From assembly GCF_001949145.1 (NCBI RefSeq), contig NW_019091357.1, positions 1,853,704-1,917,703 on the forward strand: a stretch of DNA of 64,000 nucleotides. The letters run 5' to 3'. The notes under the pieces are model-generated. The model was given only the letters and a program-made list of their open reading frames with translations. It was not told the origin of the DNA and ran no database searches. A program made the position numbers and the translations under genes. This stretch comes from Acanthaster planci (Eukaryota). Shown piece after piece: positions 49,866 to 64,000 of the stretch (position 1 is its first letter; each line of letters starts with the position of its first letter).

Positions 49866-52800
49866 TACTGAAACATTGGAAAAGTGAGTTAAGAGGACTT
49901 AAGACCCTTTTTTTAAAGATCCGGTCACAAAACTTATATTTCTGTACACTCCTTCGTTTTTCCTTTCCTGACGTTCAATTTACTGTACAACAACGCCTTG
50001 AAGATGGATTTTCTGTACACATACCAGCTCTGTGTTTCGCCATACTAACGATTTTTTTTCCTATCCTAGTCTTGGTTTGTAATATCACGGTGCCCGGTCG
50101 TTGCCCGCGGCAACCTCGTGCCCAGATGGACTGCTGGTTATGCAAACACGACCCTCCACCCGCAGGGGTGGTATACGCCCGCCCGTGTCGCACCCTGGCC
50201 CTCAGGGGACAGGGTCCATTGTAACACCGGAAGAACAGATTCCTGGGGGGCAAGGGAGTTATGCTTATTAGCTGAGAAAAAATGGACGGTTTTGAACTTT
50301 AATCGGACACGTGCGCAAAGCTGAATTTTAGAAAATAAAACTAACGGTAAGAGTAGATGTTCTCTCTATTTTAGGTGCACGATCGTTGATGAAAGTAAAT
50401 TGTATCTCAGTAAAATGTGTTTAATATAAAAGCTGTCATGTGGGGGAAATTCTAAGAACAAGATAATTGGCGGATTTTTCTGTTGTGTCGGTGACATTTT
50501 GCAGGGATTGTTGAATTCTATAGGATTCAACAGCTTTTTAAACACCTTTTTGTTGGCATTTGGAACCCACAAACAGATACATCATCCGAAAAAAGAGACA
50601 GAACAGAAATCAGCCGCGACTCAGCAGCGGGGGACTTAGGCCTGACAACTGCCGTTCATTCATCGCAGTCGTAAAATAACGCAGAGGGACGGCAGACCGT
50701 GAAATGGCAGCGTAAATTAAAGCCACGATTGGTGGGCGTCCGACGGCGCGGGAACGGCCAAGGCGTGACGAGCTATGCGCGTTGATCACTCGAGGACGCG
50801 GATTGCTCGGAGTTCAAGTTGGTCACAAATCCCTCATGGGAGAGCTTTGCTCTTGTCGTCCCATGCTGATCGATGAAGGTTTATTGGGAACATCGCATTC
50901 CTAAATTTCTCGAAATGTGGTTACTTCCACTCGCTTGCTTGGCACGGATGTGTTATCTTCAGTTTTCTTCTGAATCTGCCTTTAATCTCGGAAAACATTT
51001 TCCTGTTCTCATACCGTGAGTTTACTAAAGTCAGATATTTTATTTTCATTTGACGTTTTCACCTCGTTGGGAATCTGGGAAACCCACGCTGTGTGTACCT
51101 TTCCTGACATCGGTCCGACTCCATCTTTTTATTTAATTCCAGCGCTCTCATTTTCAAAAGCAGAGATTAAAGGGGCCTGTCCAGTCTTGTTCACCCATGG
51201 AGTCAGCCCAGCAAAGATAGAAGTATTTTTCAATCAGTCCTCCTTTGGAAGTGATATTTCGTGTTTTTCCCCTTTAAACAATCGCTCTGTCCACTCCCTG
51301 TTGTTGCTCATATTACCCATCACCGCTGATGAATTCGTACTCGCCGGCCATAAATCAATGTGAGAAAAATTATTTCTGCATTATCGCGCCAGCCAATTAA
51401 CTGCATTGGTTTGGAGCCTGGCTGCGCGTCATGGATGTGATCTCCCCTATCGATACAAGCCAGAATATCGCGTATTAAGATGAACTTAGTTCATTGATCG
51501 ATGAGATTTAATGAAAAGTGTGGATTTGAAATCAAAAGTATGATTGATATCCGTTTTGTATTGTCACCATTTTTCAAAAAAAAAAGACTGCGGACTTTAC
51601 CTCGTCATTTTCTGAAGCATTTTGTTATATCATTTTGATTAGGTGTTGGAAGGTCCAAAGTCTTGGGCGTGGTGCGATCACCCCACATAGATTTTCATCC
51701 TATGCGCTTCATGGAAATATGTAGAGGGCGCTGCTAGCATTGCTGATATAAGACATGGAAACATATCGTTTAATATCTAAACTCTGTCAGTGAATTTGCA
51801 AGTTACCAAGTGACATTTCTCTGGGCACATGCGCCAGAATTAATGAATACCGCGTCGCTGAAAATATGGACGGTTAAGAAGACATCGTGAAACGCCTAAT
51901 AGGCCTACTACTCACTACAGTCGAATAATCAAAGACCAAAGCCCAATTGCTTTTAGTTTCCCAATTATGACAGGGGTGGACAGCTGGTTTCAAGATCAGC
52001 TGCTAATGAACACAGACTGGCAGAGAAGTCGTACTATTTTTTATTCAGATTCCAACGGGATTTTCAGCTCTAATACCGTTTGGAGGGCAGAGATAGGAAT
52101 GCGGTTTTAAATGCCTATTTGTTGAAGACTGCGTGCCTAAGTTCCACCCATTGTAAGCAAGACAACAGTTCACAGGCCAGACAGTCAAATGAAGCCGCGC
52201 CGAGCCGACGCGCTGTTGCACTCGCCCGGCCTTCGTCTATGCATTGTGTACTCCCTCCGGTGCGCGCAGCGGCTGGGACCAGCCCGGTGTGTACCGTCGG
52301 GCGGCTCACTCAACACGGTAGGCACGGCCGCCTTTATTGGGACCCCGGCTGGAGGTGACAGTTGCAGCCAGCCGAGATGATGGATGGCGGGACCCCGTTG
52401 TTAATCGCCGAGGAAGAGAGAGGTTGGTCCTCCCAAGTCATCTGTGACTGTGCTTGGCAGAGAGGAACTAGGACGGGGGAAATTAGCAGGGAAAATGAAG
52501 GAATTGGAAATGGATTGAGGAAGAAACGGTACTTGACATATTCTGATCATGCCGATTTGAAATTGACTTCTTCAATCTAAATAGCTGTCTACGTTGAGTT
52601 TCTGTTACTTAACAGTGATCATCAAACGATCAGTTTTATATCCGCATGCCCTGATCTGGACTTTTCTTGTAGGAAACTAGGAGACTAAAATTACATTTTT
52701 GGCTCACCGCATAGGCGAGCCTGTTCCCCCAAAAAAATCTGCTGTCTTTGCCAATGATTTCACGATGCTTGAGTCGGTACTAGAAGGCACGGCCCGAGAC

Positions 52801-54032
52801 ACGGTGTCCCCCCCCCGACCCCGGCTCAGAAATCTGTTAAGACTCGGTCTTGGTTAGCGTTTTGACTGTGACCAAACCCACTGAGTGCCACCTTCCAGAA
52901 AATGAGGGCTACCAAGTACCCCTCGCAAAATGTACCCCAGTTTGGCCACTGCCCCCTTCCCCTGTTTAAAAGGCAAAACTCGCGTTATTTCAATCTAGTC
53001 AACTTTGGGGGCAGATATAGCATTTTTGAGTATGTACCGCGATTCCTAAAAAAAAAAGATAAAACTGAAAATGCTACGCCTTTACCATAACATCGATCCC
53101 GACTGTTGTGCAGCAGGGGGCGTGCTAACCGTAGTTGGGATCAGCCTGATCAGTCAGGACATATGCTGCTGCTTGGACGGGAAAAAAGAAGGGTTATAGG
53201 ATACAGATTGGAGCATGGAACCATCTTCAAGATATTAATGTTTAGAGAAATTGTTCGGCTGTGAACTATGCAGAAGAGATTCATTGTGTTTACATTGGCA
53301 GATTTTTTTTGTCCCTGAGTTTCTCAGTCTGTAACCGAGTATACGACGGTAACCACTCTGGGTATGTACGCTATTGCCAACATGGATGGTAGCCTAAAAA
53401 TCTTTACACGTATACCATTCTTTAAAAACATTAACAAATCACTTCTAAACTCACTTTTTTCCTTTATTTATTGGTTAATTAATTTTCCAAGCGCCTCAAA
53501 GTGCAGTGAAATGAGTAATTAATCCACGCGAGCCCTGTTTCCTGAAATAAAAAGACATAAACTGTACGATCATTTTAAGGTCGACCGTGCACTTGGCTAA
53601 GCCCGAGGGGGTATGCTTACGCCGTCCCTGGAAGTATTGTATTGCATCGCACGTGCAGCTGCACTGTGCAAGCTCACCCTCCATGTGTTGAGCTCTCTCG
53701 ACCTCCCCTCTTTGAAAAATGCAGTGACCCTATCCTTTAGCCCCTCCTGATTGGTCAACGGGTTGCTTTTACCGTGTCTTTCTGGTAGTTAAAACAATGC
53801 GAATGATCATGGGGAGTTAGTCGTTAACGTGGCGATATTTTCGACTCTTGCCTGGTTAGTTTCGACACCGTCATTTTGCCGGAAACGCTGCTTTTGTGTG
53901 GCAACGTCGGAATCGTAAGATTTATAACACCGATGGTCGGTCAGTTTGAGTTGATCCGCAAGCAATTAAGAGATCAGAATTAAGAAAAAAATACGTCCGT
54001 TTTACCATCTTTGCAAACGATTTTGACTCGAA

Positions 54033-54638
54033 ATGACGAAGCAGCCCGAATTATCTCTGGACGCTGATCAAATGGATGCCACAGTACTGACCCTGCTTGG
54101 GGAACAGAATGACACCGGCCATGACAACACCGAGCAATCCAAGCCCAAGAAGCGAGGACGAAAACGCAAAGAGCCCGCTGACACCCAGACAGAAGCGGAC
54201 CCCAAACCCGCCAAACGCGGCCGGGGCAGACCCAGCAACGCTTCGGCGGCCGCTGCATCGGCCGCGGCCGCGTCGGCCGCCCGGGCCGCGGCCAATTCTT
54301 CCCCGTCCTCCTCGTCCGGGTCCGAAGTCTGCAACGCCGCCCGCGAGCGTTCGCGTGTCAAGACGCTCCGTGACGCCTTCCTGGATCTTCAGAGGTCCCT
54401 GCCCTCTGTCCCTCCGGACACCAAGCTGTCCAAGCTCGATGTCCTGGTCTTGGCGACGACCTACATCGCTCACCTCATGAAGACCTTGGACGGGGATGCC
54501 GATGTGCCGGAGTTTGGCTCTTTATTAAGATCGGGGCGAGAGGCGAGAGGCAGCGGAAGCAAAGACGGGGGAGACACTGGGGCAAACTTGGACCACAAGC
54601 ACCGACTCAAAGCCGACGGATACCTCCACCCTGTCAAG
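54033..54638 (+). CDS. TCF24: bHLH transcription factor of the TCF24/TCF23 group, first coding exon (the rest was not found in the window)
   Basis: [52 protein letters not shown] and DGYLHPVK are characteristic of TCF24/23. There is a donor AAG|GTCAGA at 54638/54639, where the family normally continues KWPMRSRLY. Confidence 0.88.
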
Positions 54639-56273
54639 GTCAGAATTTTGTTAATTAATTAGAAGAAATAATAGTTTCTATGCAGGAGGCGTAGTATTAC
54701 TTACAGATCAGTTTAAGAAAAGCTCATTGCAATTTACTCAAAACATGAGAGCTTCTACCTACTAAACAAAACTAGCAATTGCCAAAATGTTCGGTACAAT
54801 CCCTAAATGGCTTTCTAAAGTAATTCACCTCTAAATCTGAATATCACAGACGTTACGGATATCATGCCGTTTCACCCTTCTGTGTCTATTTTGGTGACAA
54901 AGTTTCTAAAAGCGTTTCTGTGAGTCATTCTGAACACTTGTCGTTCATGAATGTATACAGAGGCCATTGTAACTTTTAGTTCAAATTCTGTCTTGTTACG
55001 GCTCGCAAGTTGTTGTCGGAGGAATTAGCGCCTGACCGTTTTTATCCGTGTCTTCTTTGTAGTTCTGCAGTGTTGACTATTAAATTCATATGCTCTCCTC
55101 GTGAAGTGCAGCAAACCGTTTTTCCAGACGTCGTTGTTTGAATGCCGTTTGTGTAGAAACTTATAACCATCTCAAGCAACTTCAAGTTGATCACGGAAAA
55201 GTTTGTCTTGGAGCTTTTTCGTAATCCTATCCTGTGAACTCGAAATAGACAAACCCATTGCGGGTTTAGTGAACCATGAAACTGCATGCAAAACTGTAAC
55301 AAAACTAGGCGAAACAACAAGGTAAATTGCGACTTTTTGGCATAATATTCAATGATTATTTGGGACAACCAGTGGTCTAAGAAGTGATAAAATGAACAGT
55401 TGAACTCGATCTGCAATCTTCTTTCTCTACAAATGATACACTGACAAGCGATCCAACTTTATCTCGATCCATTATTCAGCAGCAGTCATAAATGTCTCAG
55501 ATCCATCTGAAGTCAATATTTTGACAAAACATTTAAGTGACGCTCCGAAGGTTTATGGTCGCTCTGCCCACGGCCCTAGCTCTTTACGGCCAAGTGCGAA
55601 TGATGTCTTTATGTACATGTACACCCGCGCCCGGGCAGTAGACTTGAACTCAAAGTTGGTCGCGTAGTTTATGCACAGCCACGTACCGTGCGTTACCCGG
55701 ACCGTGTGAGGTGACCGCAAATAGGCCAGTTTGGCCGGCGGGCTGTCATCGTCTTTCAGCGGCTCGAGCTGACGCAGAAACTCGGTCTTGGATCAGGTGT
55801 AACTGCGTTGCAGTCTCATACACTCCCCCTACACCTCTGCCGTGTTAATCGTGACTACAAAACGCGATATTCAAAGATGGCACCTTGCATTGTGAATGAT
55901 ACCATGGAGATAATGACTTCATCAGATACAGGCTAATTGCTACGAAAGTAACGCTATACTTTGTATATCAAGTAGTCTTTAATATGTTAAATCTTTGTTA
56001 CCTCTGTCATTGGCGTATTAAAATGTGTATTCGAAATTGGGGGGATGACCTACCATAGATATTTGACAAGCGAGAGGGGCGGCACACCATATACACTATA
56101 TAGGGGGCGATGTTCACGATAAAGACGTACATCTGAAATGTTTATCAAATTCACGCAGAATATTACATCAGAATGGCACATTTATTGCTTAGTGATATTT
56201 CAAACATTTTAGTCTTTAGGAAATCCTGTAAGTTCTTCACAGTCAGCTTTATTTTTGTTTGTGCTCATCACAA

Positions 56274-56372
56274 AAAAGTGGGGGGTACGTGATTCAATGG
56301 CCCACCCCAACCTCAAAAAGTGGGGGGGGGGGTGATTCAATGGCCCATTCCCCACCCTCAAAAAGTGGGGGG
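56274..56372. repeat. Short tandem repeat (~40-45 bp unit, 2-3 copies)
   Basis: AAAAGTGGGGGG..GTGATTCAATGGCCCA..CCCA.CCTC repeated. Confidence 0.7.
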
Positions 56373-59300
56373 GTATATATCCCCATCCCCAGGGATTTAC
56401 GCCCACGACCTCTGTATAGTTTACTGACACGACCATGTATACATCTTTATGCATATCTATCGATCCCTGAAAAATACTAATTCTATTCATCATATCGAAT
56501 TATAAAACATTCATCATAGTGGTAATTTCTTTTCTTTTCTTTTTTTTTTTGCTTTGACACTTATGCGCAGCCAAACATGGCTTTCAAAATGTAGGCTAAA
56601 CAATTTCTTCTGTTATTTCAGACATTCACAATAAAGTGATCTATTTTAGCAGAAAATAAAGCACACCATTTTTGACTTCTTTTTCGAAACATTGGTTTTC
56701 AATACTTTATAATCAGCTACCTCGAACAGGCGATGTCAAGAATGACATTTTACCTAGATTGTTAAGAAAATTAAATAATCAATTTGAACTTTGTGTTCTG
56801 AGGATTAATATGCAAATCACTATTACAGCCTACGGAATTTTACAAACAAGTAACCTCGTACACAAGGCGAGGTTCGCGGGTGCTATTTTCTCTAAATCGA
56901 GATCTAAATCTATTTTCTGACAAGTTTTCTCATTTTAGCGGCACATGCTGAAAAGTAGGTTTCCCAAATTAAAAAAAAAATAAGGCCAGCAAAAAATCCC
57001 CTTCCCCCATAAAAAAAAAACTTTACCTCAATCCTTTCCCCCCAAACACTGCATCTGACGCGATGTTAACTATGGAGAGCAATGACACCCTCGGACGATT
57101 TGCAAGAGCTTGATTCGTTTTTATACCGATGTGGCCGCTCTCAACTCGGGCTTGTTGGAACAACCCAAGAGCGGTCTCGAGTTGTCATCGTAGTAACTTA
57201 ACGGCCCTCGTGTAACCCAGGCCTGTCGGCGGCTCCTTAAGTTTCCTAGGCGGTAGTTTGCTCTCTCCCTTCTCATCTCCTTTCCCCTATGAGGTCATTC
57301 CACTTTCGGTTGTGATGACTTTGAGTTTCTGTACAGTGTAAGGGCAAATTATGTTATCTAATATCCCACGGAAGATGCGGAAGGGTTCAGAGATTGAAAC
57401 ATAATCTATCGCACGGCTTCGAAACAAGAGCTGGAAAATCCCTTTCTGTAGAAAAATTGACACTGTTACCAAATTAGGGCATGATTTTTGCCCTAATTTC
57501 AATACAAACAGAAACTTTAACATGATTTACGTCTGGTAATTTTAACTTAGTAGCCTCAAGCTTAGTGGCATGAAACCAACACGAGCTTTGCAGTGTGATA
57601 TAAAACGAAAATTTGAACCCATGGTCAACCGTATTCTTGAATAATCAACAGGGTTTTATAAACGACCTATTCCAATCTTTATGGGAGTCTGAGATTAAGT
57701 GCTGTGATTTCTAAGAATTTGAGTCTCTTTTTATGTTGCAATTGATATGTTTGGTTTTTGAACGTGCAGGCCCCTAATAGTAACAGATTTTACCTCAATT
57801 TCACCCTGAAACGTTTTCATAGCGAAGCAAAACAATCACTGAAGTATTTCCCTCGAATTTATCTAAAGATAAATCATGGGAACCACTGGCCAGGTGTCCG
57901 ATCAGCCGGCGTCTCTCGTGCCGTGGAATGGTGTCTTCGCCCCGGGCAGATCTCAGCTCGTTACACGGCAACAAAACCACTCACCGGTCCCTCAAGCGGT
58001 CTTTCTGCACGTGCGCCAAAAATAGACTTAGCTTTTTTTTTACCTTGGTAATCAAAATAGACTCGTAAAACGAGTGCAAAAACAAAAGACCGGTATATAT
58101 CCCCCGCCGGTAATTGCCGACACAGCGTGCCGCTGCTCTGACGTGCCCATGGCTGCTTTTTAATTAGACATTCTACTAGAGTTGCCAAATTGGACCTCCT
58201 TCAAACAAATCACTGCACGTGAGTTTAAGTTGAACATTTTCTTATAAAAAGCCGACTTTTTGCCCGTCGTTTCTGCCGCGCGTGTGCCGAGAGCCTGCTC
58301 CGTGCAGGTGCGCGCGAACGTGTTCCCCAATGCACTTGGCTTGTTCGTATTTTAGTTCCTGACATCTTGTGCTGTTGTTTTAAGACGACTGTTTCAGGGG
58401 AGAGGTTAACAGGAGGGCAGGGTTGCCCCAAGTGAACCCCTGGACCCTGTTTTAAGGATCAATGAACTCCGAATTATTTTCTACACTTGATGTTTTTCTT
58501 TTCCAAAAAGAAAATTCCCTTTTTTCAGAGCAGAAATTTGGAAGGAAATGGGAAGCAAACATGCTTCAATTTTGCTACAGAATAATAGTCAAAAAATAGT
58601 TTTAAAAGTGTCCCTAAAACGTCAATATTGCAGATCTCGCAAGAAATATAATTACCAGATTGCAAGCAATGGTCAGGAGAAACCGTGGTGTGTTTTTTTT
58701 TTCAAAAATCTCCACAGAAATTATAAAGACGTGTTTTAGTCGAAAGTCGATTGTTTCACCCAGATTGGTCGAGTTCGAGGTCCAGTGTGCTTCTTCTTTT
58801 AGTTCAAGGTTTTTCATTGCCCTACACCTGAGTGGACTGTCCGGTCACTAGGCTCAATGTCAAATCGCTCACTGAAGTTTTACTTTAGGCGAGGTTACGG
58901 TAAAGGCTTTCAGTCGAGCCACTTCTGGGGTGTCTTCTCGTAAGACCGCCTGATTTGAAGAAAAACATGCACACAATTGTAATGTTTAATGAGACACTTT
59001 CTGACTGTTATATCACTTTTGCCTTCCGTTTTTCAATATCATGATAAAGGGGACGATGAAAGAAAAGAAAGATCTTCACATGAAATTGTTTCTCCGAAGT
59101 GTACATGTTCTATCAGAGCTCAGAATACTGTTCGGTCACACCCCAATTTTTTTTCTAGTTATACGTCTATGATCTTTTTTAACGCCAGAACCTGATTAAA
59201 CTCGACTCGGTAAAGTAGTCTCTAACAGTGCACTTTGGGCCTCCGTAAGCATCAGTGTGAGACACGTTCATCAAAACTTCATTGGGCAAGCGGCTCGCCG

Positions 59301-62300
59301 GCTGTCCTTCCCCAGCCGTTTACATTCGCCTCCGGACCGTACACTGTTTGTTTAATTTCGCGCTGTTCGTAAGCCCGACGTTGACAGATTCGCGGGGCCG
59401 ACAAATTCGGTTAATGGAGCAACATGGCGGCCCGCCAACAACATGGCGAATGATACAAGGAACGGTGTACCAACTGGGTCATGCGCAAACAAATAATGAA
59501 GAGAGAAAATAATTGCTGTAAAACTCCCTCGGCCGAACTCGACTCATGATTTTCCTTCTCGCGGAGTCTGTTTAGACAGACGCATCATTAGTACTCCACT
59601 AAAAGACAGTTATACGTAAGATAAACATTAAACAACTTAAGCGTATAGTCTGGTGCACGATGATTAATGACTCGGAGTAGTGCTGTTAGCTGGAGAGGGA
59701 CTTGGGGCAAATCTACGATTGAGAGAGTTTCGATTAATGGAAATGCCCCGACGAAAGTGATGAGACGAGGTACTTGAAATTAAAGTCTGGTGTTGCTGCG
59801 ATTGGTTCTTTTTAATTGTTTATTCAAGTTGCCCACTTTAGTATTCAATCCTAGTTGGAAGGACTTCTTTTGAGATCAGTGGCCGGTATTCATTGGCGAA
59901 CACGGCACAATACAGTTTTGTTTCAGTACTGTTCTTACCAAACGCCTCGTATACGGATGCTGCACTAACAGATCATACTTGGAACCAAAGAATCAGACAG
60001 ACGTAAGTCCTTTTAAAAAAATCATTTTTCTGTCTTCGGGCAAAGAGAAAAGTACGCGTACAATTAGAATCTTGTATAACTTTTCTCCTTTACTACGTTT
60101 CAACACCGAGAACGTCAAAAAAAACACTGCAGTTTTAAGAAAATGTCCATTTTTTTTAACATGAACAGTATTTCTTTCGTTGTGGAATTACCAGCATAAT
60201 GACCACAACTTTGGTCTTGGACCACACAACTTGTCCGGGTCACCTGGCCAAATTGGGCTGGTCAGCTCGCGCACCTGATGACCGCAGTGACTGGGGCCAC
60301 TGACACCGGTCAGTCTGTAGGCGTCCGCTAACCCTTGATCCTAGCGCGTGGTGTACGGTCAAGCTTACCGGGGTAGCACCGGAACCCAAATCACACCTGG
60401 TGCCTGTGCCGGGTCGTTGTTACCCTCAGAATGGGTTTTGTGACATTCAAGGTCCGTGCGTCCTCGCCTGTTATCAAAATAAACAAACCCGAAAAACTGA
60501 CAGTTGCTGGCTTATTTCTGCTTTCATCCGCCTCGAACATTTTCTTCAAAGTTACATTTTTAAATCAGTCGAAATTTAGGATTAAGTCCAACACTAATTA
60601 AAAGGAAGAATCCTCGCCGACTGGTGACTTCGTGGAAAATGAAACCTCAAGTCGTGATAATTCTAGTGAGAAAGTTACTTTCTGCCGAAACACGATTCTA
60701 TTTGCTCTTACTTTCAACTCAAAGTAAAGCTCAAAGTCTCTTATTTTTTTTAAATGTCAAAGACACAGACACTGAAGTCTTACGTTTTTGTCCATCGGCA
60801 GCATCGCGTCACGCAGCTCGCCGAAGCGTTCTTTATCCCCTTGATGTGTGCCGTTTTGCCCGGGGGACCGTACCCGCCGACAAGCCGGTATCCCGTAGGT
60901 CCCGTCATCCCCTGCAACTCGAAGCTTGGTGAAGGCTTCCAAAAGTTTTAGCATGGTTTCTAGCTAACTGGAGATGCCTTTGTTAACATATCAATAATAT
61001 CCTTTTGCTGGATTCTTTTAAAGTGCGGGTTGACTACCTTGAGATCGTGGTTATTTTTATATGTGTTTCAAAAATTAGCTTAAAGAAAAAGCCATCTTGC
61101 ATTTCAAATACCTCCCTCCCAAAAAAACCCATAACAGTTAAACGTTTTATGAGTGTTTTGCTTCTCGCTTGCTATGATGATAAGTCTGAAGTTTTTTCGA
61201 GGATTTCAGTTGTCAAAATCAATTTATCTGCCCCGTTCAAGTAGTCCACTTTAGAAAACAGATATGTCTAATTTCACAGCCAAGTCAAAACTAACTTAAG
61301 TCCCTACCAACATTGTTGTGATTACCGGCACGCGGTCTAGCCTTGACCGGGCTACTACTCCAATTGTCCATAGTTCGTAGCCCGTGCGTGCCGATCGAAG
61401 AGTCCACTTCGTTAAACTGCAATTGGCGTTAATCGTAATATTTAGGCAACCAGGCCGTGGTTGATGAGACGAACCGCCCCAGAGTCACGAACGATACCAT
61501 GATCGATTTTTGGTGACCGCTCTCGCTTGCAAAATGAAGGTTAGGCAAACGATAACACTAAAATTATTCCACAACTTCAAGGTTCCTGCACAGGTTTTCT
61601 GGCTTCCGTCTCCTTAACTGGTATCTCATAAGATGCTCTTTGCGAGTACATTATCTACACAGTGAACAGTTTACTTGCATCAAGGCACTCAAGGTTTTCT
61701 ATACAGGGCGAGCGTTCATTTTTGTGCATGACAATAAAACTTTCTTAAATAGTGCATTGTAGTTGTACTTTTTTAAAAGTTCGTTTGCCACTTTAACATC
61801 CGAGCTTTAATGTCACATTACAGCCGGAAGCCATAATTTTACCGATATCGCTTTGAAGACATTAAATTCAGGACAGTGAACAATTTATGACATGTTTCCG
61901 TCAATGTGCTAACGATTTTATGTATCTCCTTTCCGGGGTCAAGTTGACAGTGATATATTAATGCATAAAATGTGACTGATACTTGTGTGGTAACTGGCTG
62001 GAACCACTATAAGTTTTTTTCTGTTATTGTTAATTCTGATCTCCAACTCAAAGCCTTGATATATATTTAAAGTTTACACCAAGTATATAAAAGAAATATC
62101 GATTTTTCAAATTATGCTCTGTAATTCTAATTTTGGTCAAATGGTGCAGACAAGAATAAAATAAATGGAGGGATACATCACTTTTTTTAAACAAAGCCTA
62201 GTTGTTGATTTAATTGAAGGCCAATCTTTTCCTACTGTAATACTGTATAAAGGGATTCGGTTCATAGTAGAAATAGCAACATTGTGATAATAAAACCTTG

Positions 62301-64000
62301 TGAGTGATCAAATCTAACGTTTTCAGTATCTTACGAGAATGATTCACAAGCCTAATTTTCAGAGAAAACCAAATCTTCCAGTGGTTTGTCATCTTCAACG
62401 AGAGCTAATTCTTGGTGCCATCGAATCGCCTCGTCCCGGAGTTCACTAGCCGCCGGCAAATGGCAGAGTGGCGACAACCTGGTTCCCGAGGAACCCGTCA
62501 ATATGCCCACCATATTCGGAGGGTCCCGACACATTAAGGATTAGAAATCAAAACTGGCGAAACTCGAGAAGCCGCTGAAATTGGCTGCGGGACCCGAGAC
62601 TGCCGAAGACAGATCAAACGCACGCCGGGCAGGGACGCGGCTCGTATCGTTTTAATCACAGACTCGTCCATGGTGGATACGAGGATGATGTCTCGACGCC
62701 ATGATCCCATTCCGTCGGCGTTAATGTTTATAGTTCGACATCATGTGTCCATTTGGTGAGATTTTCTCACCTTTTGTTGAAGCAAAGCACGTGGCACCCG
62801 CGCAAGCCAAACTCAATTAAAGAAAGCCATTAGCTTGTCTTGATTTCCTGAGTTATTAAACTTTCTTTACTCTTGTCTTTCCTCAAAACTCTCTTCGCAA
62901 CCATTCAACAAAACTCCTCCTGAGCGACACTTACTCATCTCGGTATCATTGTAATAATGTTTTTGTTGTGATTTTTATATACTTACTTTTTAGAAAGTAT
63001 TCCACCCCAAATGGCCAAGGTTTCTAAAGAAATCTCTCTCTCTTTCGATTTCCACTCAGGAAGTATTTGACATCAGGCCGTTTAGCCCCAAGTAATACTA
63101 ATTTATGTTATTGATTCTTCGGGGCTGTAAAGACCTCACACCCATCTCGTCAAGCTAAGACAAGATTCTGCAACCTCTCACTCATCCATGAGTTCTACCA
63201 CTCAGTTTGAGAAAACAGTCACTCGCAAACTCGATTGCTAAATCTGTCCTTTAGACTCGAGGTCGACCCACTCAGGGGTTGGTGCAATTATTACGTTCTT
63301 ACTTGGACTGTATACCATCCCAATTCAGAAAGTAAAACCCGAGTGCACAACTTTTCTGAAAAGTAGGTCGCGTGTTCCTCTCCAAGTAAGTCTTATTCTG
63401 ATCACTATTTTGGTCTAGCGCGTCCCCGTGGGATTTTACACCGGTGATATTCACACTCGCGTCAGTCGGCGATGCGGTCAGGGGATAGCGGTACTAGTGT
63501 GTAGCGTCCAAAAAATTCTCCTGGTTTTGTGGAGTTTCTGTGAGGTGCGTCACGCGTCGTTTCAGACCTAGTTCAGACCTGTTCGGGGGCGTCGAGTGAC
63601 AACTCGATTCCAGAGACCTGGAGACAGGTCTTAAATGCAACTGCGGTACCTTTTTACCCAAGCTGTCTTCCATTTACGACATCTTCAGAAAGTCCATCTT
63701 GTGAAGGAAGAAAAAACAGTTAAGCGCTTCAGTGCGCGTTTCTCTTGTATTTTGGTCAGTGGAAAAAGGTGTTAAAGTGTTGCATGTCTATTAAAAAACA
63801 CGTGATATTCGCCACGAAATGTTTCTTCTGCAGGTTTTTTTTGGGGGGCGGGACATGAATGGTTCAAATAAAGAATTATCCTGTTAACTCTGTCCTTGTG
63901 AGCAACTTCATTCGTGGTGAGCTTCAAGACCTAAAATGCAAGATTGAAACACGATGGCTGATTGTGAAAAGAAGCATTGAATTTGGAGTTCATTAGCGTC

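Noticed and set aside
63009..63030. AAATGGCCA (KWP) as the second TCF24 exon
   Set aside because: There is no AG acceptor directly before it, and it does not continue as MRSRLY.

Overview
Eukaryotic, intron-rich invertebrate genomic DNA. It is most consistent with an echinoderm such as a sea star; this is inferred from gene content and repeat style and is not proven. Seven spliced protein-coding genes were rebuilt by hand with GT-AG junctions and consistent intron phases: (1) the 3' part of GALE (+); (2) a eukaryotic-type UDP-galactopyranose mutase (UGM) with an N-terminal signal sequence and a C-terminal DUF3431-like extension (+); (3) an animal-type UDP-glycosyltransferase (UGT) with an atypical donor-binding signature (-); (4) ENDOU with two somatomedin-B domains (-); (5) an XK-related scramblase with a ~790-aa tail (+); (6) a GAREM-like CABIT/SAM adaptor whose best model contains an in-frame TAG (+); (7) the first coding exon of a TCF24/TCF23-like bHLH gene with AT-hook-like motifs (+). 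Several MITE, hAT-like and SINE-like repeats and short tandem repeats are present. The main observation is the compact GALE-UGM-UGT trio in the first 15.3 kb. It reads like a candidate animal gene cluster for making furanose sugars and transferring them to a lipid or steroid acceptor. Family assignments rest on motifs recalled from memory; no database search was run.
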